Source of the DNA: Gammaproteobacteria bacterium
GTDB taxonomy: Bacteria; Pseudomonadota; Gammaproteobacteria; SZUA-140
Direction: 5' to 3'
Assembly (NCBI GenBank): GCA_034002745.1
Contig: JAVEZY010000001.1
Span: 15,428-79,427 of the forward strand
DNA length: 64,000 nt
Positions 20,270-32,938 of the stretch are shown here, one piece after another. The stretch's first letter is position 1. Every line of letters starts with the position of its first letter. The notes below the pieces were generated by a model, which was given only the letters and a program-made list of their open reading frames with translations, did not search any database and was not told the DNA's origin. Position numbers and translations under genes: made by a program.

Positions 20270-22711
20270 TCAAAACAGCGGCTCGGCGCTTGCGCCGCCG
20301 GTCTCGGTTCCCGTCCCGACGCTGCGTACTTCCGCGCGTCGCTGAGGTACCAGTTCCGCCTGGAAGGTCTCGAAGATGCCATCCTTCCGATCGCTGTCCG
20401 CAAGCAGGCCGGTTTCCGGGTCTATGCGCACGGTGACCAGGCCCGGCGGACGCACCAGGGGATGTTCCGGCGCGCCCCGCAGTGCTTCACGCGTGAAGTG
20501 TATCCACATGGGCAGGGCTGCGCGGCTGCCGGTTTCGCCGTTGCCGAGCGAGCGGGGCTGGTCGAAGCCCAGCCAGGTCACCGTCACCAGATCGGAGTTG
20601 TAGCCGGCGAACCAGGCGTCATGAAGATCGTTGGTCGTCCCCGTCTTTCCCGCCAGATCGCTGCGTCCGAGTTGCCGCGCGCGCACCCCGGTGCCGCGCG
20701 TGATGACGTCCTGCATCATGGAAGTCATCAGGTAGGCGTTCTGCGGACTGATGGCCCGCCGTGCCAGCCGCGGAAGCTGGGGCGGCTCGGCGCTCTGCGC
20801 GTCGGCATATGACTTGGCCGCATCCACGCTGGCATCGAACGCGACCGCGATCGACGGGTCGGCATCGCATTCGCGGCAGATGATATCCGGTGCGGCGCTG
20901 TAGACCACGGCATCGCTGCCGTCGCGGATTTCCTCGATGAAATAGGGTGCCACGAGGAAGCCGCCATTGGCGAACACCGCATAGCCTGTCGCGACCTGCA
21001 ATGGCGTCACCGCGCCGCTGCCGAGCGCGAGCGACAGGTCCCGCGGCAGGGAAGAGCTGTCGAAGCCGAAGCGCCCGGCATGGGTGATGGCATGACGGAT
21101 ACCGATGGCGCCGAGGAGCCGGATCGAGACCAGGTTGCGCGAATTCATCAGCGCGACGCGCAGCCGGGTCGGACCGAAGAATTCGCCGCTGTAGTTCCCG
21201 GGCCGCCAGGTGTCCTCGAGCGCGGGATCGTCGAACACCACCGGCGCATCGTTGATCATGGAGGCCGGCGTATAGCCCTTTTCCAGCGCCGCCGAATAGA
21301 TGAACGGCTTGAACACCGAGCCGGGTTGCCGCTGGGCCTGGGTGACGCGGTTGAAGTGGCTGCGATTGAAGTCGAATCCGCCGGCAAGCGCGACGATGGC
21401 GCCAGTCTCCGGATCGGCCGAGATCAGCGCGCCCTCGGCCTCGGGCCGCTGGGCCAGGCGCCAACCATCCGTGGCTGTGGATACGCGGATCAGATCGCCG
21501 ACCTGCAACACATCGGCCGCGCTGCGCGGCGGCGGACCGCGCCGGTCGCTGTCCAGCTGGCGACGTGCCCAGCTGAGGCCATCCCAGGCGATCCGGGCCC
21601 GCGAACCATCGACGAAGGCGATCTCCACCTCTCGTTCCTCGACGGTGGTCACCGCGGCCGGAATGAGAACCGGGTTCGCCGGAACCTTCGCCAGCGCCGC
21701 CCGGAGCGCCTCCGCATCCTCGAGAGTCGCCGGATCGAGGTGTGATTCCACGCCTCGATAGCCATGCCGGCGATCGTACTCCAGCAGCGTTTCGCGTAGC
21801 GCTCGCATGGCGGATTGCTGCAGGCGGGAATCGAGCGTGGTGTAGACCTTGAATCCCGAGGTGTAGGCGGCTTCCTCTCCGTAGCGTCCGACCACGTAGA
21901 GGCGCACCATCTCCGCCATATGATCGGCTTCCACCTCGGTCGACAGGCTGTGAAGCCGAGCGACATCAGAGGCTTGCATGGCTGCATCACGCTCCGCGGC
22001 GCTGATGAATCCTAGGTCATGCATGCGCCGCAGCACGTAATTGCGGCGGATCACCGCCCGTTCGGGATCGGCGATGGGGTTCGACCTTGACGGCGCCTTC
22101 GGCAGGCCGGCGATCATCGCCATCTGATCCAGCGTCAAGTCCTGCAGCGCCGCGCCGTAATAGGTCTGGGCGGCGGAGGCGACGCCGTAGGCCCGGTTGC
22201 CGAGATAGATCTTGTTCAGGTACAGCTCGAGAATCTCTTCCTTGTCGAGTTCGTGCTCGATGCGCAGCGCGAGGAAAATCTCACTCACCTTGCGCAGATA
22301 AGTCTTCTCGCTGCTCAGGAAGAAGTTGCGCGCGACCTGCATGGTGATGGTGCTTCCGCCCTGGCTCTTCTCGCCGGTGCGAATGAGATTGACGACCGCG
22401 CGCAGGATGCCCTGGTAGTCGACGCCGGGATGCTCGAAAAAGCGGTCGTCCTCGGCCGCCAGCACCGCCTGGATCATCCGTTCCGGCGTGTCTCCGTAGC
22501 GCACCGGCATGCGGCGCACTTCTCCGAACTCGGCCAGGACCATTCCGTCCCGACTGTAGACCCGCATCGGAACCTGGAGCCGGATGTCGCGCAACGCCTC
22601 GATTGAGGGCAGTCCTGGGGCGACCACGAGCCAGGCGGCGCCGACGGCGATTGCGCCGATGGCGGCCATGCCGGCGACTCCGAGGATACCGGCGAAAAGG
22701 AGTCTGCGCAT
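20270..22711 (-). CDS. mrcA: Penicillin-binding protein 1A (bifunctional transglycosylase/transpeptidase)
   Basis: 813 aa. N-terminal TM, glycosyltransferase motifs (EDDRFFEHPGVD, GGSTITMQ) and transpeptidase SxxK/KTG motifs (GSVFKPF..., KTGTTND). It is divergent from pilM, as in pseudomonads. Confidence 0.9.
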   Translation of the reverse strand: MRRLLFAGILGVAGMAAIGAIAVGAAWLVVAPGLPSIEALRDIRLQVPMRVYSRDGMVLAEFGEVRRMPVRYGDTPERMIQAVLAAEDDRFFEHPGVDYQGILRAVVNLIRTGEKSQGGSTITMQVARNFFLSSEKTYLRKVSEIFLALRIEHELDKEEILELYLNKIYLGNRAYGVASAAQTYYGAALQDLTLDQMAMIAGLPKAPSRSNPIADPERAVIRRNYVLRRMHDLGFISAAERDAAMQASDVARLHSLSTEVEADHMAEMVRLYVVGRYGEEAAYTSGFKVYTTLDSRLQQSAMRALRETLLEYDRRHGYRGVESHLDPATLEDAEALRAALAKVPANPVLIPAAVTTVEEREVEIAFVDGSRARIAWDGLSWARRQLDSDRRGPPPRSAADVLQVGDLIRVSTATDGWRLAQRPEAEGALISADPETGAIVALAGGFDFNRSHFNRVTQAQRQPGSVFKPFIYSAALEKGYTPASMINDAPVVFDDPALEDTWRPGNYSGEFFGPTRLRVALMNSRNLVSIRLLGAIGIRHAITHAGRFGFDSSSLPRDLSLALGSGAVTPLQVATGYAVFANGGFLVAPYFIEEIRDGSDAVVYSAAPDIICRECDADPSIAVAFDASVDAAKSYADAQSAEPPQLPRLARRAISPQNAYLMTSMMQDVITRGTGVRARQLGRSDLAGKTGTTNDLHDAWFAGYNSDLVTVTWLGFDQPRSLGNGETGSRAALPMWIHFTREALRGAPEHPLVRPPGLVTVRIDPETGLLADSDRKDGIFETFQAELVPQRRAEVRSVGTGTETGGASAEPLF

Positions 22712-22812
22712 GAAACTCGGACCTGTGGCGATGGCGGGAATGGCGACCAGTTAACAAATTTCCGCTACTGAGTATAAAACTTTTTCGGACCACGGACGAT
22801 AACGTCCGTTGA

Positions 22813-24538
<1,726 letters not shown>

Positions 24539-24542
<4 letters not shown>

Positions 24543-25189
24543 ACCTGAATTTCGACCTGTCGCAGTTGCGCGAAATCGACTTCAACGACGTCGCGCGCTG
24601 GCCGCGGCCGATCAAGGCTGCCGCGATCGTACTGCTGAGCGTGGCGGTCCTCGGTGCGGGCCTGTGGCTGGATACCAAGAAGCAGTTCGAATCGCTGGAA
24701 ACGACGCGTCAGCAGGAGAAGGTGCTCAAGGATGAGTTCCTCGTGAAACAGGCCAAGGCAGCCAACCTCGACGCGTACAAGGCCCAGATGGAAGAGATGC
24801 GACGCTCGTTCGGCGCCATGCTGCGGCAGCTTCCGAGTCGCACGGAGGTCGCCGAACTTCTGGTCGATGTGTCCCAGACCGGGCTTCAGAGCGGTCTGGA
24901 GTTCGAACTCTTCAAGCCCGAAGCGGAAAGGCCCGCTGATTTCTATGCGGAGTTGCCGATAAAGATGAAGGTCGCCGGCAGCTATCACGAGTTCGGCCGT
25001 TTCGTCAGCGATGTCGCGGCCTTGTCCAGAATCGTGACCCTGCAGGATTTCACCGTCGGCACGCGCCAGACCGCGGCGGCGCGGGATCCGAAGGCCACCA
25101 GAAGCATCGAAGACCCGCTGGTGATGGAAGTGACAGCGCGAACCTATCGCTACCTGGAAGATGAAGAACTTCTGCAGGAGGAAGAATGA
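24539..25189 (+). CDS. pilO: Type IV pilus assembly protein PilO
   Basis: Position and size (216 aa), a TM segment, and a coiled-coil followed by an alpha/beta domain. 4-nt overlap with pilN. Confidence 0.8.
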
Positions 25190-25761
25190 TCGGCGATGAC
25201 GGAAGGACGAGCCGGAGCGGTGCGCGATGGCCGGTCGCCCGAACCTTCGTAAAGGCGCTGGCACCGATGACGGCGCTCATTCTGGCCGCCTGCAGCGACA
25301 GCGGGACGTCCGATCTGCGCCAGTTCGTCGAGGAAGCGAAGCAGCGCCAGGGTCGGGTCGAGGCGCTGCCCGAATTCGCGCCGGTGCAGACCCACGTTTA
25401 CGTAGCCGACAGTCTGCGCGATCCATTCACGTCGGAGACCCGCGAGACGATCGCCGAGACGGCCGCGAGAAGCGGCGGCGGTCTGGCGCCCGACGTCCGG
25501 CGCCGCAAGGAGGTGCTGGAATCCTATCCGCTCGATTCTCTGAGCATGCTGGGAACGCTGGAATTCCAGAATTCGACCTGGGGATTGGTCAAGGCTCCGG
25601 ACGGCGTGGTTCATCGCGTACGAACGGGAAATCACCTGGGACAGAACTACGGCAAGGTAAAGGCGATACAGGCGCAGCGGGTGCTGCTGACCGAAATCGT
25701 ACCCGATGGCCTCGGTGGCTGGGAGGAGCGTGACGCGACTCTGGCCATGAACGAGCAATGA
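25186..25761 (+). CDS. pilP: Type IV pilus assembly lipoprotein PilP
   Basis: LILAACSDSG lipobox. Position between pilO and pilQ. The true start may be the internal Met at 25267. Confidence 0.7.
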   Translation: MIGDDGRTSRSGARWPVARTFVKALAPMTALILAACSDSGTSDLRQFVEEAKQRQGRVEALPEFAPVQTHVYVADSLRDPFTSETRETIAETAARSGGGLAPDVRRRKEVLESYPLDSLSMLGTLEFQNSTWGLVKAPDGVVHRVRTGNHLGQNYGKVKAIQAQRVLLTEIVPDGLGGWEERDATLAMNEQ

Positions 25762-25785
25762 GCACGCAACGGAGGACGTGAAGTT

Positions 25786-27927
25786 ATGGTAACCCGGGAT
25801 TTGAATCGTCTACGCGCATGCGGAAAAATGCGCGCGTTGCGCAGCGTGTGTGCGGGAATGACACTGCTCGCGGCGGCCGTTTGTGCTCATCCGTCCCTGG
25901 CGGCGCAGCGTCTCCAGAGCTGGGATGTCGTGACCCTGCCCGGAAACAAGATCCAGATCAAGCTCGATGTGGCCGCGGACGACGCGCCCAATATGCTGAG
26001 CTTCAGCACCGACAACCCGGCGCGGATTGCCCTCGACTTCCCCGAGGCGACCAGCGCGCTGCCGCGGCGCAAGGAGATCGGCGCCGGCGTCGTGCGCAGC
26101 CTCAATGCGGTCGAATCCCAGGGTCGCACGCGCGTGGTGATCAACCTGGATCGCATGGTGCCGTACGAGACCCGCGTCGAGGATGGCGCCATCTATATCG
26201 TGCTCGAGGGATCGGCTGCCGTTCAGGCGGCGCAGACTCAGTCCTCGCCGCTGTCGATGAGCACTGCGGATCGGCCGGCGCCGGGTGCTGGCGCTGTTAC
26301 CAACCGCATCACCGGCGTTGACTTCAGTCGCGGCAAGGCGGGCGAGGCGCGCATCACCATCGGCCTCTCCGACGCCGGCATCCCGGTCAACATCGACCGC
26401 AGCGGTGGCAAGATACTTATCGACTTCCTGAACGCCCGCCTGGCCGAAGAACTGCGCCGGCGCATGGATGTGGTCGACTTCGCCACGCCCGTGACCACGA
26501 TCGACACCTTCTCCCAGAACGGGGCCGTCCGCCTGGTGGTGGAAACCGAGGGCGAGTTCGAGCATATGGCCTATCAGGCGGATACCCAGTTTACGCTCGA
26601 GGTCAAGCCGGTTACCAAAGAGGTGCGCGAGGCCCGGGCCCGTCAGGAATACACCGGCGAGCGGCTGTCTCTGAACTTCCAGGATATCGAGGTGCGCGCG
26701 GTCCTGCAGATCATCGCCGACTTTACCGGGATGAACATGGTGACCTCGGACGCCGTGGGCGGAAACGTCACCCTGCGCCTGCAGAACGTGCCTTGGGATC
26801 AGGCTCTGGACATCGTGCTCAAGAGCAAGGGTCTGGCGATGCGTCAGGCGGGCAACGTCATCATGATCGCGCCGGCCGAGGAGATCGCCGCCCGCGAGAA
26901 ATCCGAGTTCGAATCGCAGAAGCAGATCGAGGAACTCGCGCCGCTGACCTCCGACCTGGTCCAGATCAACTACGCCAAGGCCGAGGATATCGCCTCCCTG
27001 CTCAAGGCGCGGGAAAACTCGATGCTGTCCGAGCGCGGTAACGTCACGGTGGATCAGCGCACCAACACCCTGCTGGTTCGCGACACGGCAGACAAGCTGC
27101 AGGACATCCGCAATCTGGTCAGCAAGCTGGACATTCCGGTGAAGCAGGTGCTGATCGAGTCGAGGGTCGTGGTGGCCAATGATGACTTCAGCCGCGACCT
27201 CGGCGTGCGGGTCGGCGGCGCAGGAGTGCGCAGCAATGGTTCGCGCGGAGCGATTGCGGTTGGCGGATCGCTTTCCGGTACCGACACCATGGTCGGCACG
27301 GCGCCGCTGCCGGTGGCCATGCCTTCCCTGGGCGATCGCCTGGCGGTCAATCTGCCGGCCGCCAACACCTCGGGCAGGCCGGCATCCTTCGCGCTGGCGG
27401 TGCTGGGCTCCGACTACCTGATCGATCTCGAACTGTCGGCGATGCAGGCCGAAGGCCGCGGCGAAGTGGTTTCCACGCCGCGCGTCATCACCTCGAACCA
27501 GAACGAGGCGACGATCAAGCAGGGCGTCGAGATCCCCTATCTGACCGCGGCGTCCAGCGGTGCCACCACGGTGCAGTTCAAGGAGGCCGTTCTCGGCCTG
27601 ACGGTCAAGCCGCAGATCACGCCGGACGACCGCATCATCCTCGATCTCACCGTGAGCAAGGACAGCGTGGGCCAGGTGTTCCAGGGTGTGCCCAGCGTGG
27701 ACAAGCGCGCGGTTACTACCCAGGTGCTGGTCAGCAACGGCGAAACCGTGGTGCTCGGCGGCATCTACGAGCAGGAGCGCTCCGAGGGTGTTTCCAAGGT
27801 GCCGTTGCTCGGCGATCTGCCGCTGCTCGGCGTGCTGTTCCGTCAGTCCGCCAAGATCGACAGCAAGAACGAACTGCTGATCTTCGTCACGCCGAAGATC
27901 CTCAAGGAGTCGCTCACCATGCGGTGA
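25786..27927 (+). CDS. pilQ: Type IV pilus secretin PilQ
   Basis: 713 aa. AMIN-like N-terminal repeats, N0/N1 domains and a C-terminal secretin domain (VLVSNGETVVLGGIY...VPLLGDLPLLGVLF). Confidence 0.9.
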   Translation: MVTRDLNRLRACGKMRALRSVCAGMTLLAAAVCAHPSLAAQRLQSWDVVTLPGNKIQIKLDVAADDAPNMLSFSTDNPARIALDFPEATSALPRRKEIGAGVVRSLNAVESQGRTRVVINLDRMVPYETRVEDGAIYIVLEGSAAVQAAQTQSSPLSMSTADRPAPGAGAVTNRITGVDFSRGKAGEARITIGLSDAGIPVNIDRSGGKILIDFLNARLAEELRRRMDVVDFATPVTTIDTFSQNGAVRLVVETEGEFEHMAYQADTQFTLEVKPVTKEVREARARQEYTGERLSLNFQDIEVRAVLQIIADFTGMNMVTSDAVGGNVTLRLQNVPWDQALDIVLKSKGLAMRQAGNVIMIAPAEEIAAREKSEFESQKQIEELAPLTSDLVQINYAKAEDIASLLKARENSMLSERGNVTVDQRTNTLLVRDTADKLQDIRNLVSKLDIPVKQVLIESRVVVANDDFSRDLGVRVGGAGVRSNGSRGAIAVGGSLSGTDTMVGTAPLPVAMPSLGDRLAVNLPAANTSGRPASFALAVLGSDYLIDLELSAMQAEGRGEVVSTPRVITSNQNEATIKQGVEIPYLTAASSGATTVQFKEAVLGLTVKPQITPDDRIILDLTVSKDSVGQVFQGVPSVDKRAVTTQVLVSNGETVVLGGIYEQERSEGVSKVPLLGDLPLLGVLFRQSAKIDSKNELLIFVTPKILKESLTMR

Positions 27928-28035
27928 GCGTGAGCCCGCCGCGCGGGCACGATGAAAGGGAACGATTCAGAAAGCGCGCGTGGCGTCCGCCCGATCAGGG
28001 CCGGCGCATCACGCAGAACCGGAGGACATGGGGAG

Positions 28036-29967
28036 ATGTGGGCATACTTGCGTAGAACGGTGGCTGTGATGGCCGTGCTGCTGGTCGCAGGCTGCGGCGG
28101 AGATGACGATGGCTTTGTCGGCGGCAACGGCGATCCGGCTACCGGTGTTGCGGTGTCGCCCGCTGCCCTCACGCTGCTGGCCAGTTCGCCTCAGCTTGGT
28201 TCGAGCGGCGCCAGCAATGTCGTGATCACCGCCATTGTCCGGGACGGCAGCAATAACTTGATCAGCGATGTGCCGGTCAGTTTCTCGTCCGACAGTGGGG
28301 CATTGGAAGTAACGCAGACCACGACCGGCGGGGCCGGTCAGGCGCTGGCGCTGCTCACTACCGGAGGAGATGAGACCAACCGCTCCATCACGGTTCGGGC
28401 ATTCTCGGGTGATCTCGAGGAAAGCGTCAGTGTGAATGTGACCGGGACGAGGCTGAGCATCAATGGCGAAGGTTCCGCTGCTCTCAACGACAGCACTGCG
28501 CTGACGATCTCCCTGCGTGATTCGGCAGACAATCCAATATCGGGGCGTACCGTCACAGTAAATTCGGCCCTCGGCAATACGATTGTCAGTCCGACGTTGA
28601 CCACCAATGCCAATGGCCAGGTTCATCTCGTCCTGAACGTGAACAACCCTGGTACGGATACCATAACGGCATCCGCGCAGGGTGCGAGTGCGGTTCATAC
28701 GATCGAGGTTTCCGGGGACGAATTCTTCATTACCGCGCCAGCGCCGGATGCGATTATTCCGATCAATACCTGCGTCGCCGTGACCGCCAATTGGCAGCAA
28801 TCCGGCACTCCGGTGAGTGGCGAGGCGGTGAGTTTCTCGACCACGCGTGGCACGCTGTACGCTGATGATGGCTGTGCTAGCGCGGTGACGCCCGTGTTGA
28901 CCAATGGCGCCGGTACGGCCGGCGTCTATATTCGTTCGAACAATGCCGGGCCGGCGACATTGCGGGCTTCCGCTTCCGGAGGAGTGACCACCAGCCGGGC
29001 GGTGAATTTCGTTGCCACCACGGCTTCCTCCGTCAACCTGCAGGCCAGTCCGTCGACGATTGGTCCTAACAACGGTTCGGAGACCGTGCCGCAGCAATCG
29101 ACGATCATTGCCACCGTGCGTGACGCCGACAACAACCTGGTAGCAAACAAGGTGGTCAATTTCTCCCTGGTTCAGGACAACAGCGGCGGTCAGCTGCTGT
29201 CTCCCACGGCGACCACCAATTTTCAGGGACAGGCCACGACTACCTACGTTTCTTCTTCGGCGACCACCGCTAGGGACGGTGTCCAGATTCGTGCCGATGT
29301 GGCCGAGGGTGCAAGCACAATCTCCGGTACGGTGAGTCTGACCGTCGCGCAGAGCGCGCTCTTCATCCGCTTGGGTACCGGCAATACCATCAACGATCTC
29401 AACGATACGCAATATGGCCAGCCTTATACGGCGATCGTCACCGACGCCAGTGGTAACGCTGCCGCCGGCGTGCGACTCAATCTTGCCGTGAACCCTGTTG
29501 ATTCAACCTTGCCGGGCAACCCCGCTGCCTATGCCAAGGGGCGCTATGAATGGGATGGTGCTGTTTGGTACATCCCCGGGTATCTCGGTGCGCCGCTAAG
29601 CACGATCAATGCTGAGCATGATCGATCCGAGTGCGCGAACGAAGACCGGAACATGAACGGCATACTGGACCTGATTCCGTCTACCGAGGACAACAACGGA
29701 GACGGTCAGTTGACCCCGGGTAACGTGGCTTCGGTGCCGTCCTCGGTGACCACGGGTGCGGACGGAACGTTCCAGTTCCTGATCACCTATCCCAAGCAGT
29801 TCGCACAGTGGGTTCAGGTCCGTCTCAGCGCCAGTACGACGGTGGATGGTACCGAGTCGATCGATGTCCAGGATTTCTGGCTGCCGGTTGCCGCCGCGGC
29901 GCTGGGCGACGAGAACGTCGCTCCTCCGGGCGCGACCAGCCCCTTCGGGATCGGCGTCTGTCCCTGA
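28036..29967 (+). CDS. Large lipoprotein with tandem bacterial Ig-like (Big_1/invasin-like) domains
   Basis: GGAGG motif about 9 nt upstream of the ATG. LLVAGCGG lipobox. Repeated blocks of about 90 aa, rich in T/S/V/N, follow, such as ...ITAIVRDGSNNLISDVPVSFSS..., ...ISLRDSADNPISGRTVTV... and ...TVRDADNNLVANKVVNF.... These resemble Big_1 repeats. The gene has its own downstream terminator. Confidence 0.6.
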   Translation: MWAYLRRTVAVMAVLLVAGCGGDDDGFVGGNGDPATGVAVSPAALTLLASSPQLGSSGASNVVITAIVRDGSNNLISDVPVSFSSDSGALEVTQTTTGGAGQALALLTTGGDETNRSITVRAFSGDLEESVSVNVTGTRLSINGEGSAALNDSTALTISLRDSADNPISGRTVTVNSALGNTIVSPTLTTNANGQVHLVLNVNNPGTDTITASAQGASAVHTIEVSGDEFFITAPAPDAIIPINTCVAVTANWQQSGTPVSGEAVSFSTTRGTLYADDGCASAVTPVLTNGAGTAGVYIRSNNAGPATLRASASGGVTTSRAVNFVATTASSVNLQASPSTIGPNNGSETVPQQSTIIATVRDADNNLVANKVVNFSLVQDNSGGQLLSPTATTNFQGQATTTYVSSSATTARDGVQIRADVAEGASTISGTVSLTVAQSALFIRLGTGNTINDLNDTQYGQPYTAIVTDASGNAAAGVRLNLAVNPVDSTLPGNPAAYAKGRYEWDGAVWYIPGYLGAPLSTINAEHDRSECANEDRNMNGILDLIPSTEDNNGDGQLTPGNVASVPSSVTTGADGTFQFLITYPKQFAQWVQVRLSASTTVDGTESIDVQDFWLPVAAAALGDENVAPPGATSPFGIGVCP

Positions 29968-30017
29968 GCGCCAGCTTGGAAAGCGCGCCCTGATTGGGGC
30001 ATGATCGATGGGCGTCA

Positions 30018-30052
30018 GGCCCGGACGGTTTGCCGTCCGGGCCTTTTCCTTT
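30018..30052 (+). terminator. Rho-independent terminator after the Ig-like lipoprotein gene
   Basis: GGCCCGGACG-gtttgc-CGTCCGGGCC followed by TTTTCCTTT. Confidence 0.7.
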
Positions 30053-30090
30053 ATACGAACATGACTTTCCTGTTGTGAACCCCCGCCGCT

Positions 30091-30681
30091 GTGCCTAACA
30101 TTAGCGACATGGAGGCACAACAGAATGTCTGGCTGATCGGTCCGATGGGGGTCGGAAAGACCACGGTGGGCCGTCAGTTGGCGCGGGCGCTGGACCGCGA
30201 ATTCATCGACAGTGACCACGAGATCGAGCAGCGCACCGGGGCGAACATCCCCTGGATCTTCGATATCGAGGGCGAGGAGGGTTTTCGTCGTCGCGAGCGG
30301 GCGGTGATCGAGGATTTGAGTTCGCGCCGCGCGCTGGTGATTGCCACCGGTGGCGGTGCGGTGATCGATCCGCGAAACCGGGCCGACATGGCGCGCAGCG
30401 GGGTGGTGGTCTATCTCAGCGCCTCGCCTGACCGTATCCATGCCCGTACCCGCCGTAGCCAGCACCGGCCGCTGCTCCGCACCGCGGATCCCCGTGCCCG
30501 TATCGCCGAGCTGATCGCCGAGCGCGACCCGCTCTATCGCGAAATCGCCGATGTCATCCTCGATACCGAGCGGCGCGGCGTGAAGAGCGCTACCGCATTC
30601 ATCGTCCGTTATCTCAGCGAGCAGCCGACCGGTGGAGCGGGAAGCGCCGGTCCGCTGGAGATGCGGAGCGTACAGTCATGA
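30091..30681 (+). CDS. aroK: Shikimate kinase
   Basis: [10 protein letters not shown]-loop and the typical shikimate-kinase layout. 4-nt overlap with aroB. Confidence 0.9.
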   Translation: MPNISDMEAQQNVWLIGPMGVGKTTVGRQLARALDREFIDSDHEIEQRTGANIPWIFDIEGEEGFRRRERAVIEDLSSRRALVIATGGGAVIDPRNRADMARSGVVVYLSASPDRIHARTRRSQHRPLLRTADPRARIAELIAERDPLYREIADVILDTERRGVKSATAFIVRYLSEQPTGGAGSAGPLEMRSVQS

Positions 30682-31769
30682 TGCGGACTCTGACCGTCGA
30701 TCTCGGCGATCGCAGCTATCCGATCCATATCGGTCCGGGGCTGCTGGCCCGGCCGGAGTTGCTCCGCGATGCCATCGCGGGCAGCGAGGTCATGATCGTG
30801 ACCAACGAGACGGTGGCGCCGCTGTATCTGGAGCCAGTGCGGGTCGCATGCGCAGGGATGCGCTGCGAGGCCGTCGTGCTGCCTGATGGCGAACGCTACA
30901 AGGATGACGCTACGCTGATGCGTATCTACGATGCGCTGCTCGGCGCGCGCTTCAGTCGCAAGACCACGGTGGTGGCCCTGGGCGGGGGCGTGGTGGGGGA
31001 CATGGCCGGTTTTGCCGCCGCCTGTTACCAGCGCGGTGTGCCCTTCGTGCAGATCCCGACCACCCTGCTCGCTCAGGTGGATTCCTCGGTCGGGGGCAAG
31101 ACCGGCATCAATCATCCGCTGGGCAAGAACATGATCGGCGCCTTCCATCAGCCGCGCGCCGTGATCGCCGACACCGGCGTGCTCGATACCCTGCCCGATC
31201 GGGAGTTGCGTGCCGGCGTGGCGGAAGTGATCAAGTACGGCCTGATCTGCGACGCCGAGTTCTTCGCCTGGCTCGAGGATCACCAGGAGGAAGTCCTGTC
31301 GCGGCAGCCCGAAGCGCTCATGCATGTCATCGAGCGCTCCTGCCGCAACAAGGCCGAGGTAGTGGCGGCGGACGAGCGCGAGAGCGGGCGTCGCGCGCTG
31401 CTCAATCTCGGTCATACCTTCGGTCATGCCATCGAGACTGGCATGGGCTATGGTGCCTGGCTGCACGGCGAGGCGGTGGCCGCGGGCATGCGCGCGGCGG
31501 CGGATCTGTCGGCACGCCTGGGCTGGATCTCGGCCGGGGACTGCGAGCGTGCGCGCGCCCTGATCGCGCGTGCCGGACTGCCTGTCGACCTGCCGGCCGA
31601 GCTCAGCACCGACAGGTTCATCGCGCTGATGGCCGTGGACAAGAAGGTGGAGGCCGGCCAGCTGCGCCTGGTGCTGCTCGACGGCATCGGTTCATCGCTG
31701 GTCACCGCGAACTTCGATCCGCAGGCACTGCGCGCAACCATCGCCGCCTGCCGGGTGGAGGGCGCTTGA
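30678..31769 (+). CDS. aroB: 3-dehydroquinate synthase
   Basis: [14 protein letters not shown], the [26 protein letters not shown]/metal-binding motif and HTFGHAIE. Confidence 0.9.
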   Translation: MMRTLTVDLGDRSYPIHIGPGLLARPELLRDAIAGSEVMIVTNETVAPLYLEPVRVACAGMRCEAVVLPDGERYKDDATLMRIYDALLGARFSRKTTVVALGGGVVGDMAGFAAACYQRGVPFVQIPTTLLAQVDSSVGGKTGINHPLGKNMIGAFHQPRAVIADTGVLDTLPDRELRAGVAEVIKYGLICDAEFFAWLEDHQEEVLSRQPEALMHVIERSCRNKAEVVAADERESGRRALLNLGHTFGHAIETGMGYGAWLHGEAVAAGMRAAADLSARLGWISAGDCERARALIARAGLPVDLPAELSTDRFIALMAVDKKVEAGQLRLVLLDGIGSSLVTANFDPQALRATIAACRVEGA

Positions 31770-32914
31770 ACGGCGGCGGTCTGGCGCCCTGGGCCGCGCG
31801 CGATGAAACCTCGCGCGGGCGGCGCCATCCCGAGCCGCCGCCCAGGCTGCGCAGCGAATACCAGCGCGATCGCGATCGCATCGTTCATTCCGGCGCTTTT
31901 CGCCGGCTCGAATACAAGACCCAGGTGTTCGTGAATCATGTCGGCGACATGTTTCGCACCCGACTGACGCATTCGATCGAAGTGGCCCAGATCGCCCGCT
32001 CGGCGGCGCGCGCACTGGGCCTCAACGAAGATCTCACCGAGGCCATCGCGCTGGCCCACGATCTCGGGCACACGCCGTTCGGGCACGCCGGACAGGATAC
32101 GCTCAATCGCTGCATGAAGGACTACGGGGGCTTCGAGCACAATCTGCAGTCGCTGCGGGTGGTGGACGAACTCGAGGAGCGCTATGCGGATTTCGACGGC
32201 CTCAACCTGACCTGGGAAACGCGGGAGGGCATCCTCAAGCACTGCTCGCCCGCCAACGCGCGCCGGCTCGGCGATCTGGGCGAGCGATTCCTGCAGGGAC
32301 GTCAGCCGGGCCCGGAAGCGCAGCTTGCCAATCTTGCCGACGAGATCGCCTACAACAATCACGACGTCGATGACGGCCTGCGCGCCGGACTGATCACGGT
32401 CGAGCAGCTCTGCGACATCGATCTGTTCGCCGTACAGTACCGGCGGGTGGCCGATGCCTGGCCCGGCATCTCGCGGCGGCGGCTGCTGCACGAAGTCGTG
32501 CGCCGCATGATCGATTCCCAGGTCAGCGATCTGGTGGAATCCAGCCGCGCCGCGATCGCCGCTGCCGCTCCGCACGGTGTCGAGGACGTGCGCACGGCGC
32601 CGGCGCCGCTGATCGGCTTCAGCGAGGCGATGGCGAAACGCAATCTGGAGCTGAAGCGCTTCCTGCGCGAGCACCTCTATCGTCACTACCGTGTGCGCCG
32701 CATGACAGCCAAGGCGGATCGTATCGTCAGCGCGCTGTTCGAGACGTTCATGGACGATGAGCTGCTGTTGCCGCCTGATTATCAGGACAAGATCCGCGGT
32801 GCCCGGGAGATTGCGGGTCGGGCGCGGGTGGTGGCAGACTACATCGCGGGCATGACCGATCGCTACGCCATCGGCGAATACGAAAGACTGTTCGATCCGG
32901 CCGGACTGACCTGA
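31766..32914 (+). CDS. dgt: dGTP triphosphohydrolase-like HD-domain protein
   Basis: [24 protein letters not shown]...[13 protein letters not shown]...[10 protein letters not shown] match the HD motif of the dGTPase family. 4-nt overlap with the aroB stop. Confidence 0.8.
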   Translation: MNGGGLAPWAARDETSRGRRHPEPPPRLRSEYQRDRDRIVHSGAFRRLEYKTQVFVNHVGDMFRTRLTHSIEVAQIARSAARALGLNEDLTEAIALAHDLGHTPFGHAGQDTLNRCMKDYGGFEHNLQSLRVVDELEERYADFDGLNLTWETREGILKHCSPANARRLGDLGERFLQGRQPGPEAQLANLADEIAYNNHDVDDGLRAGLITVEQLCDIDLFAVQYRRVADAWPGISRRRLLHEVVRRMIDSQVSDLVESSRAAIAAAAPHGVEDVRTAPAPLIGFSEAMAKRNLELKRFLREHLYRHYRVRRMTAKADRIVSALFETFMDDELLLPPDYQDKIRGAREIAGRARVVADYIAGMTDRYAIGEYERLFDPAGLT

Positions 32915-32938
32915 GCCGGTGGTGTCAGGCACAGTGCA

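Noticed and set aside
31766-32914. dGTPase as a stand-alone anti-phage nucleotide-depletion defence gene
   Set aside because: The gene overlaps aroB by 4 nt and sits in a conserved housekeeping operon. No other defence or mobile genes are nearby. A housekeeping Dgt is more parsimonious. It is kept only as a low-weight note in the findings.
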